The notes under the pieces are model-generated. The model did no database searches. It saw only the letters and a program-made list of their open reading frames with translations, and was not told where the DNA came from. Source: a virus (Duplodnaviria; Caudoviricetes). From it: a DNA stretch of 64,000 bases. The position numbers and the translations under genes are program-made. Positions 55,760-64,000 of the stretch are shown one piece after another. Position 1 is the first letter of the stretch, and every line of letters starts with the position of its first letter. The stretch covers positions 11,939 through 75,938 of IMG/VR virus record IMGVR_UViG_3300025715_000361; one strand, 5' to 3'.

Positions 55760-56299
55760 TTATTTCCAAGGTGGTTCATCTGAGCCAGACAGATGCGATG
55801 AACGATTTGGTTCTTCTTTGGAATCATGCTTTTCTTCCGGTTTGGGGAGGGGGACGTTAAGGAAAGCTTCGTACTGCGTTGCGATCTTCAGCGTGAACCG
55901 CATTGCGGTAGCAGAAGCATGATCCAACGCTTCTGCGATAGGCATACCTTCTGGGATTTTCACGTTACCCTTTAAGAAGGTAAGAATGGAACCGATCTGA
56001 TCTTTTGCGTATGACAGGGCAAACGCTTTCTTCTGGAGAAGGATTTCTTCCGGAGATTTCCTGTAACCGCCACCGGAGTAAGGTTTCCTTGCTCCTCCGA
56101 TGTAAGCTCTCCAGTTGCCACGCTCATCTTTCTGCGGAGTGAATTCGATTTCCTCTCCGGATTTCTTGCTTGCGAAAGTTTCTTGCCATGACGTGAAGGT
56201 TCTTTCGTCACCTTCAACCATGAAATCCCAAAACTTTTTACCGGACGATAGGGTTTTGGGTATGATCGCTACGATCTTTCCTTTTACCGTGTCTGCCAT
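55760..56299 (-). CDS. Putative single-stranded DNA-binding protein
   Basis: Aromatic beta-rich N-terminus, Gly-rich linker, acidic DEPPW tail; next to replication gene. Confidence 0.45.
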   Translation of the reverse strand: MADTVKGKIVAIIPKTLSSGKKFWDFMVEGDERTFTSWQETFASKKSGEEIEFTPQKDERGNWRAYIGGARKPYSGGGYRKSPEEILLQKKAFALSYAKDQIGSILTFLKGNVKIPEGMPIAEALDHASATAMRFTLKIATQYEAFLNVPLPKPEEKHDSKEEPNRSSHLSGSDEPPWK

Positions 56300-56519
56300 G
56301 ATTGTTCTCCTTGAAAATGTATTCTATCGGTTTATTAAAATAATCGGCAATCACCTGTTTTTGCACAGGATTGCCCTTTGTCTTGCAATTGATAAGCCTC
56401 GAAATCACGCATTTGCTCAAATTGACTTTTTCAGAAAATTCATTCTGTGTCAGACCAGAATTTCTGATAAGTCCACGAAGAATGGAGTTATACATATTGA
56501 TATCCTTGGGTATTTTCAC
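56238..56519 (-). CDS. Cro/XRE-family HTH regulator
   Basis: SGLTQNEFSEKVNLSKCVISRLIN. Confidence 0.8.
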   Translation of the reverse strand: MKIPKDINMYNSILRGLIRNSGLTQNEFSEKVNLSKCVISRLINCKTKGNPVQKQVIADYFNKPIEYIFKENNHGRHGKRKDRSDHTQNPIVR

Positions 56520-56541
56520 GGAGGACTCCGTGGATGGATAT

Positions 56542-56571
56542 TTTCTACCATTTCGGCACCATCCTTGTCAA
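56542..56571 (-). promoter_or_regulatory. Sigma70-type early promoter
   Basis: TTGACA-N18-TAGAAA with TGn extension and AT-rich upstream tract. Confidence 0.5.
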
Positions 56572-56780
56572 GAATTATTTGCAATTATTTTCATGTCCAT
56601 TCGGATGTTCGTTGCAAGATTCATTTGCACCCCCTTTGAACCGCATGACCATCCACCTTGTTCGGGTCAAACCGCATGACAATTGTTTGTTCGTCTGCGT
56701 TGTTGTTTGTGTAATGGTACAGGGTTACTAAATAACCTTCCTTGCCGATGGTTTTCTTGTCGTAGCAGACATCGTTCTTT

Positions 56781-57005
56781 CTATTCATTTAACTCTCCAA
56801 TCAAGAATATTTTCTTCCCCTCACGTTTAAACCACCACTTTCCATCCCAACCTTGATACATTGTATGGACACCGTGCTTTTTCATAAGCTTTTTTACGGA
56901 CTCGCTTACAACGCAATCCGGTACACGCTTATGGGTTACGTCACCCATTATCGCTTGCGGTATGGCGGCAAGGAACAGGAACAGGATTAACGATTTTGAA
57001 ACCAT
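56781..57005 (-). CDS. Small exported/membrane protein
   Basis: Hydrophobic N-terminus; MKKHG...WDG. Confidence 0.6.
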   Translation of the reverse strand: MVSKSLILFLFLAAIPQAIMGDVTHKRVPDCVVSESVKKLMKKHGVHTMYQGWDGKWWFKREGKKIFLIGELNE

Positions 57006-57148
57006 TTTTTCTGAACCTCATCCCATTCGTCTTTTTGTTTTGCAATCAACTTTTTTAGTTCGGTTAAAGATGAGCTTTCGTTTATGGCAATCCACAGTTC
57101 TGATCGGTGTTTAAGAACAAGATCGTAGCTTTTAGTTAAGAGGTTCAT
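56987..57148 (-). CDS. Small protein (53 aa, not in ORF track)
   Basis: GAGGGG RBS; MNLLTK...WDEVQKKWFQNR*. Confidence 0.5.
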   Translation of the reverse strand: MNLLTKSYDLVLKHRSELWIAINESSSLTELKKLIAKQKDEWDEVQKKWFQNR

Positions 57149-57175
57149 CTGTTTCCCCCTCGAATTTCAAATGGT

Positions 57176-57397
57176 TCAGTCCCCTTTCATGAATTTTTCC
57201 ATGGCATTCTTGATGCTCTGGAGTGCATCGTTTTCGGATTTCAACGCTTTCATGTGGTCATGAACCTTGCAGTATGCGGAAATAAGAGCGTCAACTGCAT
57301 TTGTGAGTTCGGACATGGAGTCAAATTCCGAATAAATGTGCATACTTTCCTTCCATTTGGAATAGTGACTGTTGCCGCCTTTTCCCAGATGTACCAC
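57176..57397 (-). CDS. Small coiled-coil protein (start uncertain)
   Basis: LKSENDALQSIKNAMEKF. Confidence 0.5.
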   Translation of the reverse strand: MVHLGKGGNSHYSKWKESMHIYSEFDSMSELTNAVDALISAYCKVHDHMKALKSENDALQSIKNAMEKFMKGD

Positions 57398-57626
57398 GCA
57401 CCCTGTTTGGATACAGTTCTTTGTAAGCGATAACAGCGGGAAGCTTTGTCTTTGATTTCAAAACCCTGAAACGTGAAGCGATCCCTGTCACGCTTCTATC
57501 TTCCCCGTACTTCTTATTAAAGGAATCGGTGTAGTCCTTCAACATCTGAACATTAACGTATTCGTGTTCAGATAAAATCTTGATAATCTCTGAATCCTGT
57601 TGCGGTGTGTACGGCTTCGATCCCAT
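57321..57626 (-). CDS. Hypothetical protein
   Basis: GGAGG RBS; YTPQQDSEII. Confidence 0.6.
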   Translation of the reverse strand: MGSKPYTPQQDSEIIKILSEHEYVNVQMLKDYTDSFNKKYGEDRSVTGIASRFRVLKSKTKLPAVIAYKELYPNRVRGTSGKRRQQSLFQMEGKYAHLFGI

Positions 57627-57638
57627 GTTTTTACCCTC

Positions 57639-58034
57639 CTAATGTTTGATGTTATTTCCTTGATGGATTATCTTTTTACCACGCTTAACGCATAGTTCAT
57701 CACCTGAAACCATGTCGTTCATAATCATTTCAAGCAATGTTGCCATTGCTTTAGAAAGATTGTCGAAACCTTTGGTATCAGAAAAAAACAGATTGCTGAG
57801 TTGCAGAATCATCCATGATATAGAACGAAGCAAAGGCAAGGATGTATGTACCTCAAGAGCAATGTTTGTTAAAAGAAGCACGAAATCAATGGTTATGCTT
57901 GCCGCATTGTATTCGTCAATTGTAATTTCATTTTTCTTGACCAGTTCCTCAATCTCATCACGCCTCTGGGTTGCCATCGCAACGATTTTTATTCTGTATT
58001 CGTCAGGTGTAAAAGATGCTTTTTCGACTTCCAT
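57639..58034 (-). CDS. Hypothetical protein
   Basis: GGGAGG RBS; 131 aa. Confidence 0.65.
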   Translation of the reverse strand: MEVEKASFTPDEYRIKIVAMATQRRDEIEELVKKNEITIDEYNAASITIDFVLLLTNIALEVHTSLPLLRSISWMILQLSNLFFSDTKGFDNLSKAMATLLEMIMNDMVSGDELCVKRGKKIIHQGNNIKH

Positions 58035-58087
58035 TGCTTCCTCCCTTCATACCATCCCAGTTTTTAAGCATTCCCTTTGTAACATTA

Positions 58088-58255
58088 TTAACCATCCCCC
58101 TCCTCCTTCTCATAAAATCCTATGTCAATCCTAAACCTTTCCCCGCATTTAGGGCATTTCCAATCATATTGTCCGGGTAGGATGACTGGCAATGGTGTAT
58201 ATGATTGCTCTCCGCAAGCCGGACAATAATGACGAGTTGCCAGATTTTTATCCAT
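58088..58255 (-). CDS. Zn-ribbon protein (55 aa, not in ORF track)
   Basis: CPACG...WKCPKCG; GGAGG RBS. Confidence 0.65.
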   Translation of the reverse strand: MDKNLATRHYCPACGEQSYTPLPVILPGQYDWKCPKCGERFRIDIGFYEKEEGDG

Positions 58256-58484
58256 CATCGTCCTCCACCACCCTCAGCATATCATCAAGGTCTTCCCTCG
58301 CACATCCCAGATAAGTACACGCCGCACCCCTACTGATGATGCCATTGTCGAGGCAGAGTGATACCAGTTCCTTGATAGCGGCAAGATGGTCGTCATACTT
58401 CACATACTCCCCAAGAAGTACATGGTCCGGTTCAGTCACCGCCGCTGCTTGGTTGCCGAAAATCTTCCACCGTTGAATCATCAC
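58248..58484 (-). CDS. Hypothetical protein
   Basis: AAGGAGG RBS; GEYVKYDDH. Confidence 0.6.
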   Translation of the reverse strand: MMIQRWKIFGNQAAAVTEPDHVLLGEYVKYDDHLAAIKELVSLCLDNGIISRGAACTYLGCAREDLDDMLRVVEDDDG

Positions 58485-58704
58485 CGTCCTCCTTTACAAA
58501 ATACTCTGGTGGCAATATAGCCATGAGTCCATCGAAGATTTTCCGCATATTATCGTTCTCCGCTTCTAACTGCTCAATCTCCCGATCCTTCTCCGCAATG
58601 AAGGTTCTGAGACGATCAATCTCCTCGATGACATTCAGGGCAGACGATTGTTTCGGTGTGCCATCCCAATCTTGATACATTGTTTGGATTCCATGCTTTT
58701 TCAT
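58432..58704 (-). CDS. Chimeric-looking coiled-coil ORF
   Basis: N-terminus is a diverged copy of part of 56781-57005. Confidence 0.4.
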   Translation of the reverse strand: MKKHGIQTMYQDWDGTPKQSSALNVIEEIDRLRTFIAEKDREIEQLEAENDNMRKIFDGLMAILPPEYFVKEDGDDSTVEDFRQPSSGGD

Positions 58705-58744
58705 GAGATTTTTTGCGGAATCGCTTACAACGAAATCATACGCT

Positions 58745-59065
58745 TCATTCCGTCAAAATCTTGTTGACATCATAAAACCTGATCGCAGCTTTTCTCATCT
58801 GCTGATAATCGTGATTTTTTGGATCATACTCCGGTCCAATCCATTCCTTTGGTGAGCGTGAAAGCGCAGCCTTCAGGCGATGAAAACTTTCTTTTACTAC
58901 TATTCCTGGTGGTGGATATGCCCGTGGTTTATGCACCACGTTCCTCAGATCACGATGGGCGAAACACATCAATGCCTCGAATGTCAGCATCGCATAATAA
59001 CACTCTTCATGACTCGGCATCTGACCGTCTTTTGCATCCTCAATAATTTCTTCAAGCGTTCTCAT
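58745..59065 (-). CDS. Hypothetical phage protein
   Basis: AAGGA RBS; 106 aa. Confidence 0.65.
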   Translation of the reverse strand: MRTLEEIIEDAKDGQMPSHEECYYAMLTFEALMCFAHRDLRNVVHKPRAYPPPGIVVKESFHRLKAALSRSPKEWIGPEYDPKNHDYQQMRKAAIRFYDVNKILTE

Positions 59066-59193
59066 AATTTATTCCTTCATTTGAGATATACTTTCACCTC
59101 CTGTAATCGCTTGCGGTATGGCGGCAAGGATCAACGATTTTGAAACCATTTTTTCTGAACCTCATCCCAACGGCCCGATCGCCGTGCTCGCAT

Positions 59194-59586
59194 TCAAGAC
59201 TCATGGCTTGCCTCCTTCCTTGCCCAAATCAGAAGATCAATCAAGGCGTCGGTGGGGTTGGCAGCGTTGAATAATACTTTCCATCTTAATCCTGACACAT
59301 CACATGTTGTGTATCCAGCCTGCATTCCTCCGTTGAAAATCTTTTCACACGTAAGGTCGTATTCATCAATGGTTTCCGGTAACTCCCTCCACACCTCGGC
59401 CATTGAGGGGGCGGGAAAGTTATCTCCGTAAAACTTTTCATTCCCTGATCGCAGTGAAAGAACCATGTCGAAGCTATGGCATCCTGGCCGATAAATCTTG
59501 TACCATCCCGCTTCCGTCTCCAGCACAATCCCCGCCTCTACCAGCCTCTTGCTGGCCTTCACGCTTGCGTAGTTATTTGGATTCAT
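59194..59586 (-). CDS. Hypothetical phage protein
   Basis: AAGGAGG RBS; ASKRLVEAGI, PAPSMAEVWRELP. Confidence 0.7.
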   Translation of the reverse strand: MNPNNYASVKASKRLVEAGIVLETEAGWYKIYRPGCHSFDMVLSLRSGNEKFYGDNFPAPSMAEVWRELPETIDEYDLTCEKIFNGGMQAGYTTCDVSGLRWKVLFNAANPTDALIDLLIWARKEASHES

Positions 59587-59605
59587 GGCTGGCCTCCTTC
59601 AGGGC

Positions 59606-59735
59606 TATAGTTTGTCAATATAACTCGCTTCAGAAATATTGGATGAGTCATAATTTTCTCCTCTTCAGGATTACACCTGCAACTCATAGCATTATGTAAA
59701 GTTTCATGCTTCTCTAAGTTTTTTTATCTTTCCAC
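59606..59735. repeat. About 130-bp direct repeat, copy 2, containing a truncated ATPase start
   Basis: Encodes MTHPIFLKRVILTNY then SPEGGQP* (ORF 59583-59651). Confidence 0.95.
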
Positions 59736-59907
59736 GACGCTGAATGTCAATAGAAAAAATACTGAAGTGGCTCGCCTAAAGGCGAGGGTTTCCGCTTCGC
59801 TCCTCCGGAGGACGAGACAATGAAGCGGACATCAAGACCACGGAATGGTACACGCACGTTGTAGCGGGTCATCTTCGGGATGCAACGGAAGGGATGTTCA
59901 GGCGCAT

Positions 59908-60098
59908 ATCCACAGGGAACGGAAAGAAATCGGATGGTTAGGCGGGGACATCCACAGGACGCCGGATGATTATTGAATGATTTCGCGGAGGATTGTTAAA
60001 CTCCGGAACCAAAGGCCCTGGGTTCGAGGCCCAGATCGCCTACCAAAATCAACAAGTTACGGGATAGGCAAAAAAGGCGGCATCCACAAACATCCACA
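59908..60098 (+). repeat. ATCCACA direct repeats, candidate integrase arm sites
   Basis: Copies at 59908, 59950, 60082, 60092, flanking the tRNA fragment. Confidence 0.6.
60001..60045 (+). tRNA. 3' half of tRNA-Arg(CCG): att-site core, not an intact tRNA
   Basis: CTCCGGA anticodon loop, ACCAA, AGGCC, T-arm CTGGG-TTCGAGG-CCCAG, ATCGCCT-A-CCA; 5' half absent; T-loop ends in non-canonical G. Confidence 0.7.
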
Positions 60099-60105
60099 AT
60101 TTGAT

Positions 60106-60152
60106 GCTCCGGAGTGACCTGTAAGGGAGGTCGAACCGGGCCACTCCGGAGC
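60106..60152. terminator. Inverted repeat downstream of phage B tail genes
   Basis: GCTCCGGAGTG/CACTCCGGAGC perfect 11-bp stem. Confidence 0.45.
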
Positions 60153-60170
60153 TGCCTGGAGGGGTCAGGC

Positions 60171-60542
60171 TTATAGGTCCGGGATCAACAGTTCGATCGT
60201 GATCTCCTCATAAAGCGGATATGTGGGATAGGACCGGAGTTCTTCGGCGTTCCAGATAAATGCTGTTTTGCTCGTTCCTCCGGGGTCCGTGTATGTGAAG
60301 CTGTGCGCTGCGCCGCCCACGTCGTCCAGGAAGCTGACCAGCGCAGCCATGTCTGTCGCATTCATGTGCCTCCAGGTCAACGTCTTGACATCCATGACCT
60401 GCCCCTTGTTGTAGCAGAACGTCTTGCCTCCGGCTGACTCAATGAATGGGTTCAGCCAGAAGCGGCGGTTCGCATAGCCCTCCTTCGGCGGGTCTGATGT
60501 GAAGGTCAGGACGGTTGCCCCGTGCGTGAACACCACGGCCAT
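60171..60542 (-). CDS. Minor/distal tail protein-like, paralog 1
   Basis: TLTWRHM...LVSF...GGAAHSFTYTD. Confidence 0.55.
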   Translation of the reverse strand: MAVVFTHGATVLTFTSDPPKEGYANRRFWLNPFIESAGGKTFCYNKGQVMDVKTLTWRHMNATDMAALVSFLDDVGGAAHSFTYTDPGGTSKTAFIWNAEELRSYPTYPLYEEITIELLIPDL

Positions 60543-60543
60543 G

Positions 60544-60924
60544 TCAGGCCACCTCGATGATTAATGTCGCCTCATTCTTGTTTGCCGCCAGCTTGCGGTA
60601 TGTCAGGTTGTCCGCGCTCAATATCCTGGAGGCCGTGTAGGATGCCGAGTCCGTGTCCGTGAAGGTGAACTTATAGACCCCTCCGGCCATGGCCGTCACG
60701 AAGGTAATCAGGTTCGCCAGGTCCGTGTCAGACAGCGAGTCCCAGAAAAGCTCCCGCGTGTCCAGCGTCCCGTGGGAGTAGACATAGACATCGCCGCCAT
60801 CGCTGATTGCCTTCGGCTGGTAACGCCTCTTGACGCGGTGGTAGCCGCTTGGAAAGGCTGGATTGATGCTTGGCGACCAGCTTCCGGACGGAGCGGCGAC
60901 TCTGGCGAATGTGATCAGGGCCAT
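60544..60924 (-). CDS. Minor/distal tail protein-like, paralog 2
   Basis: ELFWDSL...LITF...GGVYKFTFTD. Confidence 0.55.
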   Translation of the reverse strand: MALITFARVAAPSGSWSPSINPAFPSGYHRVKRRYQPKAISDGGDVYVYSHGTLDTRELFWDSLSDTDLANLITFVTAMAGGVYKFTFTDTDSASYTASRILSADNLTYRKLAANKNEATLIIEVA

Positions 60925-60927
60925 GCG

Positions 60928-61629
60928 TCATTCACCATACTGTCTGATCTCGGCCGGGATTTTCCACTTGTCCAGCTCCTGCATGATCTTTTCGATCTTC
61001 TCCGATTCCGGGACGTTGTAGAGGTGGAAAAAACCGCCAACTCCCTCGATGCCCATCTCTTTCTGAATCTGGAGGACACCCTTGAACTTCAGGCCGTATC
61101 GGGCGATGTTGCGGGAGGTGGCGTAATCGTCCACCAGGTGATCGCGCAGACAGCCGCCCCGCAGCTCCTCCACGATCGGAAAGATGTTCGCCATGGCCTC
61201 ATCCGGCCCGATGTCCAGAGGCTTCCAGAGATCGATGCACCAGTCCGAGGCGATGGCCAGCCAGTTTCCCCCGGCGATGTTCCGGCCGTCCCGCAGGAAA
61301 TACTTGTCATAGCGCCAGCGGACGTTTGCGAAGTCGCTGCCGTTGTGCGCCACCGTGTCCCTGGGCAGATAGGCCGTGAAGTCCGGCGTGTGCGGATGGA
61401 CCAGGGTATCGGCATCCATGAAGATGTTCCATTCGTTCCCGTGCCGCTGCGCCAGCTCATGGACCTGCATCTTCTCGTAGGTGATGGGCCATTCGGGGAA
61501 CTTCCGCTCCGTGATAACGTGGAAATCCGCTCCGATCTTGTTCGCGTAGTACCGGATCAGGGGCAGCGTCAGTTTCGTGATCCGTGGAGAGTAGCCGTTG
61601 ATCATGAGCGTATAGAGGGTCTTTTTCAT
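60928..61629 (-). CDS. GT-A fold glycosyltransferase-like protein
   Basis: YANKIGADF, YEKMQV, IFMDADTLV (DxD). Confidence 0.7.
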   Translation of the reverse strand: MKKTLYTLMINGYSPRITKLTLPLIRYYANKIGADFHVITERKFPEWPITYEKMQVHELAQRHGNEWNIFMDADTLVHPHTPDFTAYLPRDTVAHNGSDFANVRWRYDKYFLRDGRNIAGGNWLAIASDWCIDLWKPLDIGPDEAMANIFPIVEELRGGCLRDHLVDDYATSRNIARYGLKFKGVLQIQKEMGIEGVGGFFHLYNVPESEKIEKIMQELDKWKIPAEIRQYGE

Positions 61630-62075
61630 GTTAGCGTCCAGGGTTTATATTCCCGCGTTCCCGGCGTGGTGATACGCACGGCGACGTTGATATTATCCAT
61701 GCTGACCGTTGCATCGAACGTCCTTGGCAGCGAAAGCAGAGAGGCCAGCCGGTTTCTCTCGTCCCGCATCCGCTGCCATTTGGTCAGGTTGTTCAGACAG
61801 GTTCGGAACATACTTTTAAGCGGCATGTCCGAAGACGGCCCCCGCCCCAGCGTGAAATAGTACCGATAGAACTCCGTCCATTGCCGGTCGAGGATGCCGT
61901 ATCCTTTCCGCATTTCGGCATCCAGCTTCTTGATTGCAGCCGCGATCTGCTCGTTTTCCTGGCGGACCTTCGCTACAACCGCGTTCCGGATCACGGCATT
62001 GATCGAACCGGCAGATGCAAGTAGCATCCGGTTCTGCGGAATATTCATCCACTCGAAGCGGAGGCCTTCCATCAC
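61626..62075 (-). CDS. Hypothetical protein
   Basis: 149 aa, overlaps both neighbours. Confidence 0.6.
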   Translation of the reverse strand: MMEGLRFEWMNIPQNRMLLASAGSINAVIRNAVVAKVRQENEQIAAAIKKLDAEMRKGYGILDRQWTEFYRYYFTLGRGPSSDMPLKSMFRTCLNNLTKWQRMRDERNRLASLLSLPRTFDATVSMDNINVAVRITTPGTREYKPWTLT

Positions 62076-62233
62076 GCCTCTTGGATCACTTTCAGAGTGC
62101 CCTCGATTATCTCGCGGGCCTTCGCAACGGCGGCGTCCGCATCCATCTTCTCGTTGTAGATAGCCGCCACAATTTCATTCACGTCAGCGACGTGCTTCTG
62201 GAGGGTCTTGAATATCTTGATCGGGTTTGCCAT
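62072..62233 (-). CDS. Small protein (53 aa)
   Basis: AGGAG RBS before MANPIK. Confidence 0.6.
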   Translation of the reverse strand: MANPIKIFKTLQKHVADVNEIVAAIYNEKMDADAAVAKAREIIEGTLKVIQEA

Positions 62234-62243
62234 AACTTTTCTC

Positions 62244-63998
62244 CTAATACTCCCTGGCTTGCAGGGTAATCGTATCAATGCTATCCTTCGAGCCCGGCGA
62301 CAACGACACGTTCCGCACCTCGCAGACCAGCGATGATAGAGGCGTGATCGTGACCGCATCGGCAAACTCCAGCTCGGCATTGTCCAGGAACAGAGACATC
62401 TTCACAACCTTCTTGCGGTCCTTGTAGCGCGCCAGATAGAAATCCCGCACATCCGCCGCCATCGTCGCGCTCGTTACGAAGTCAAACTTGAACAGGTCCG
62501 GCCGGTCCTTCTGGCCGTAGGCGGAGATCGAAGTTGCGTCCGAAGTTGAGGAAATGGCACGGTAGGCGTCATCTCCGTCCAAACTCCAATCCTTGTTGTA
62601 ATAGAGATCAATGTAATTGATTACCTCGTCCAGGGGCGAACGGCGCAGGCGCGTCGTCGTCGTGTAGTCCGTGTTCATGCCGATCATGGCCTCCGTGATC
62701 GTCTTGTCCGAAGACAGGCTGTCGGTTCTGTACAGCAGATATGCCTTGCCGGCCGAAAAGCGGAACCAGCAGCGGCACTGCAGGGCCATGTAGGCCAGCC
62801 AGTCATTCAGTTTCCTGCGCTCGTTGATGACGACGCCGAACTTGTAGCTGTCCGCTGCGAAGGGCGTAGCCGCATCCGTGGAGAAGTCCGCCACCGGCCA
62901 TGATGCGTAGGTGTAGAGGAAATGCTTGAAGATATGGTCCGGCCGCTCGATCAGGGCGGAAGCCGACCCGGTAAACGTCCCGCTGCCGTCGTCCTGGTAG
63001 CCCTTGCCGGTGATAAGGATGTCGATCCCGACGGCCACATCCGCATAGGAGTCGCTGGAGATCGTCACCGTGCCGGTCTTATTGATGTTGCCCGTCCGGG
63101 TCACGGAGCCTGTGCGGTTTGCTCTTCCGGTTTTAGACAGGTTTGTGTTGATGGTCCGTGTCTGCCGGGCGATGATGTTGGTGATCTGCACCATAAAAAC
63201 AGACCCGTTGACCGTTCCGGATTTGCCGATACAGGTACCCGTACCACCTATCCATCCTGCACTGTTCCGGTTGATGTAAAGCGGAGAAGGGGCATACTGC
63301 GTCCATCCATTATTGGAGATGGTCCCAAGCGTCACGACATTCTGGATATTGGCGTTGACCGTCACAACGGCTGCGTTTGCCTGAGGCGTTGTGCAGTTGC
63401 CCATCCAGACGACCTCATAATATCTGTCGTCTCCAGACGGCGATAGCGATGGATAGGTAAACTTCCCGTCTGCGCCGGATTGATTCACATACCAGGGGCC
63501 GCTTGTTGCCGAATTAGACTCCGACTGATTAACGGCCGTATTGCTTGTATAGTTAATGTTGTCATTGATGGTGATTCCGTCGTTGACGTTAACATCTTCG
63601 ACGATTTCTATCGTGTCCAACAGGCCGACGGATACCGCCTTGGCGTAGGTGACATAGCCCGGCAGCGTGACGACGGCCTTGCCTGTATATCCGGCCAGCT
63701 CATGTCCTGTCTGGCCGGTGTAGGTCGTCGCCAATGAGGTTACGTCCACCGGGACGCCGTTGACCATCGTATAGACGGCATCGATCGTCTTGACGGGATG
63801 ATCGGCGAAAATGTAGACGCATACTGTCTGCTTCTCCAGGACCTGCGTTCCCGCCGAGTGCGCCGCCGGGTCTGTCGTTGAATAGCCCCGCGTGCAGCCG
63901 GTGAAGGAATTGCCGGAGACGGTCCCGATGACGATCTCCTCCTGGTCGATCATAATGTGATCGCCATTTGAAAAGCCAGATCCGTCCGTGACGGCGAT
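62244..63998 (-). CDS. Phage tail protein (5' partial)
   Basis: Frame open to window edge; IDQEEI...FTGCTRG..AAH repeat; CRCWFRFSAG; LEFADAV. Confidence 0.7.
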   Translation of the reverse strand: MAVTDGSGFSNGDHIMIDQEEIVIGTVSGNSFTGCTRGYSTTDPAAHSAGTQVLEKQTVCVYIFADHPVKTIDAVYTMVNGVPVDVTSLATTYTGQTGHELAGYTGKAVVTLPGYVTYAKAVSVGLLDTIEIVEDVNVNDGITINDNINYTSNTAVNQSESNSATSGPWYVNQSGADGKFTYPSLSPSGDDRYYEVVWMGNCTTPQANAAVVTVNANIQNVVTLGTISNNGWTQYAPSPLYINRNSAGWIGGTGTCIGKSGTVNGSVFMVQITNIIARQTRTINTNLSKTGRANRTGSVTRTGNINKTGTVTISSDSYADVAVGIDILITGKGYQDDGSGTFTGSASALIERPDHIFKHFLYTYASWPVADFSTDAATPFAADSYKFGVVINERRKLNDWLAYMALQCRCWFRFSAGKAYLLYRTDSLSSDKTITEAMIGMNTDYTTTTRLRRSPLDEVINYIDLYYNKDWSLDGDDAYRAISSTSDATSISAYGQKDRPDLFKFDFVTSATMAADVRDFYLARYKDRKKVVKMSLFLDNAELEFADAVTITPLSSLVCEVRNVSLSPGSKDSIDTITLQAREY

Positions 63999-64000
63999 GG

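Larger units (their letters stand above)
1..59605. mobile_element. Phage A: podovirus-like phage/prophage (left end outside window)
   Basis: Terminase-portal-scaffold-capsid-tail-lysis arm on + strand converging on an early/replication arm on - strand; no tape measure or tail tube recognised; no integrase in window. Confidence 0.92.
60171..64000 (-). mobile_element. Phage B: end of a second, GC-richer phage tail module
   Basis: Abrupt GC rise (line 60721 is 38/60 GC); tail-type genes on - strand. Confidence 0.7.

Noticed and set aside
60001-60045. Functional tRNA gene
   Set aside because: D-arm and 5' acceptor strand are absent
60772-61860. 362-aa plus-strand ORF
   Set aside because: Shadow ORF in GC-rich DNA opposite coherent - strand genes
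1-64000. Diversity-generating retroelement
   Set aside because: No reverse transcriptase and no template/variable repeat pair differing only at adenines was found
1-64000. CRISPR array or cas genes
   Set aside because: No regularly spaced repeat-spacer array seen; the PD-(D/E)XK gene at 50794 is an ordinary phage exonuclease type

Overview
Bases 1 to about 59,600 are most of a podovirus-like phage or prophage ('phage A'); I see no tape-measure, tail-tube or sheath gene. The + strand late arm (1-39,446) encodes an intein-containing large terminase, portal, scaffold, N4-gp56-type capsid, many small Gly/Thr-rich virion proteins, a lysis cassette interrupted by an HNH gene, a 960-aa multi-domain glycosyltransferase, a LamG tail gene broken by two in-frame stops, and a 3,209-aa polyvalent protein. 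The - strand early arm (39,443-59,586) carries a sugar-tailoring and radical-SAM cluster, an ABC/SMC-type ATPase, recombination genes, a Prim-Pol replication gene with an internal iteron array, and small ORFs. At 60,001-60,045 lies the 3' half of a tRNA-Arg(CCG), an att-like site; beyond it are GC-richer tail genes of a second phage ('phage B'). The best candidate for an undescribed system is virion O-glycosylation. A GT[A/S]GT peptide motif, written with varied codons, occurs in 10 different late-arm proteins, alongside a 195-aa Gly-Thr-Ser fibre, an AAH/TibC-like heptosyltransferase fusion and a sugar-methylation cluster. All product calls come from motif recognition by eye; no database searches were run. 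The host cannot be named from the sequence; a Gram-negative host with cobalamin available is inferred.
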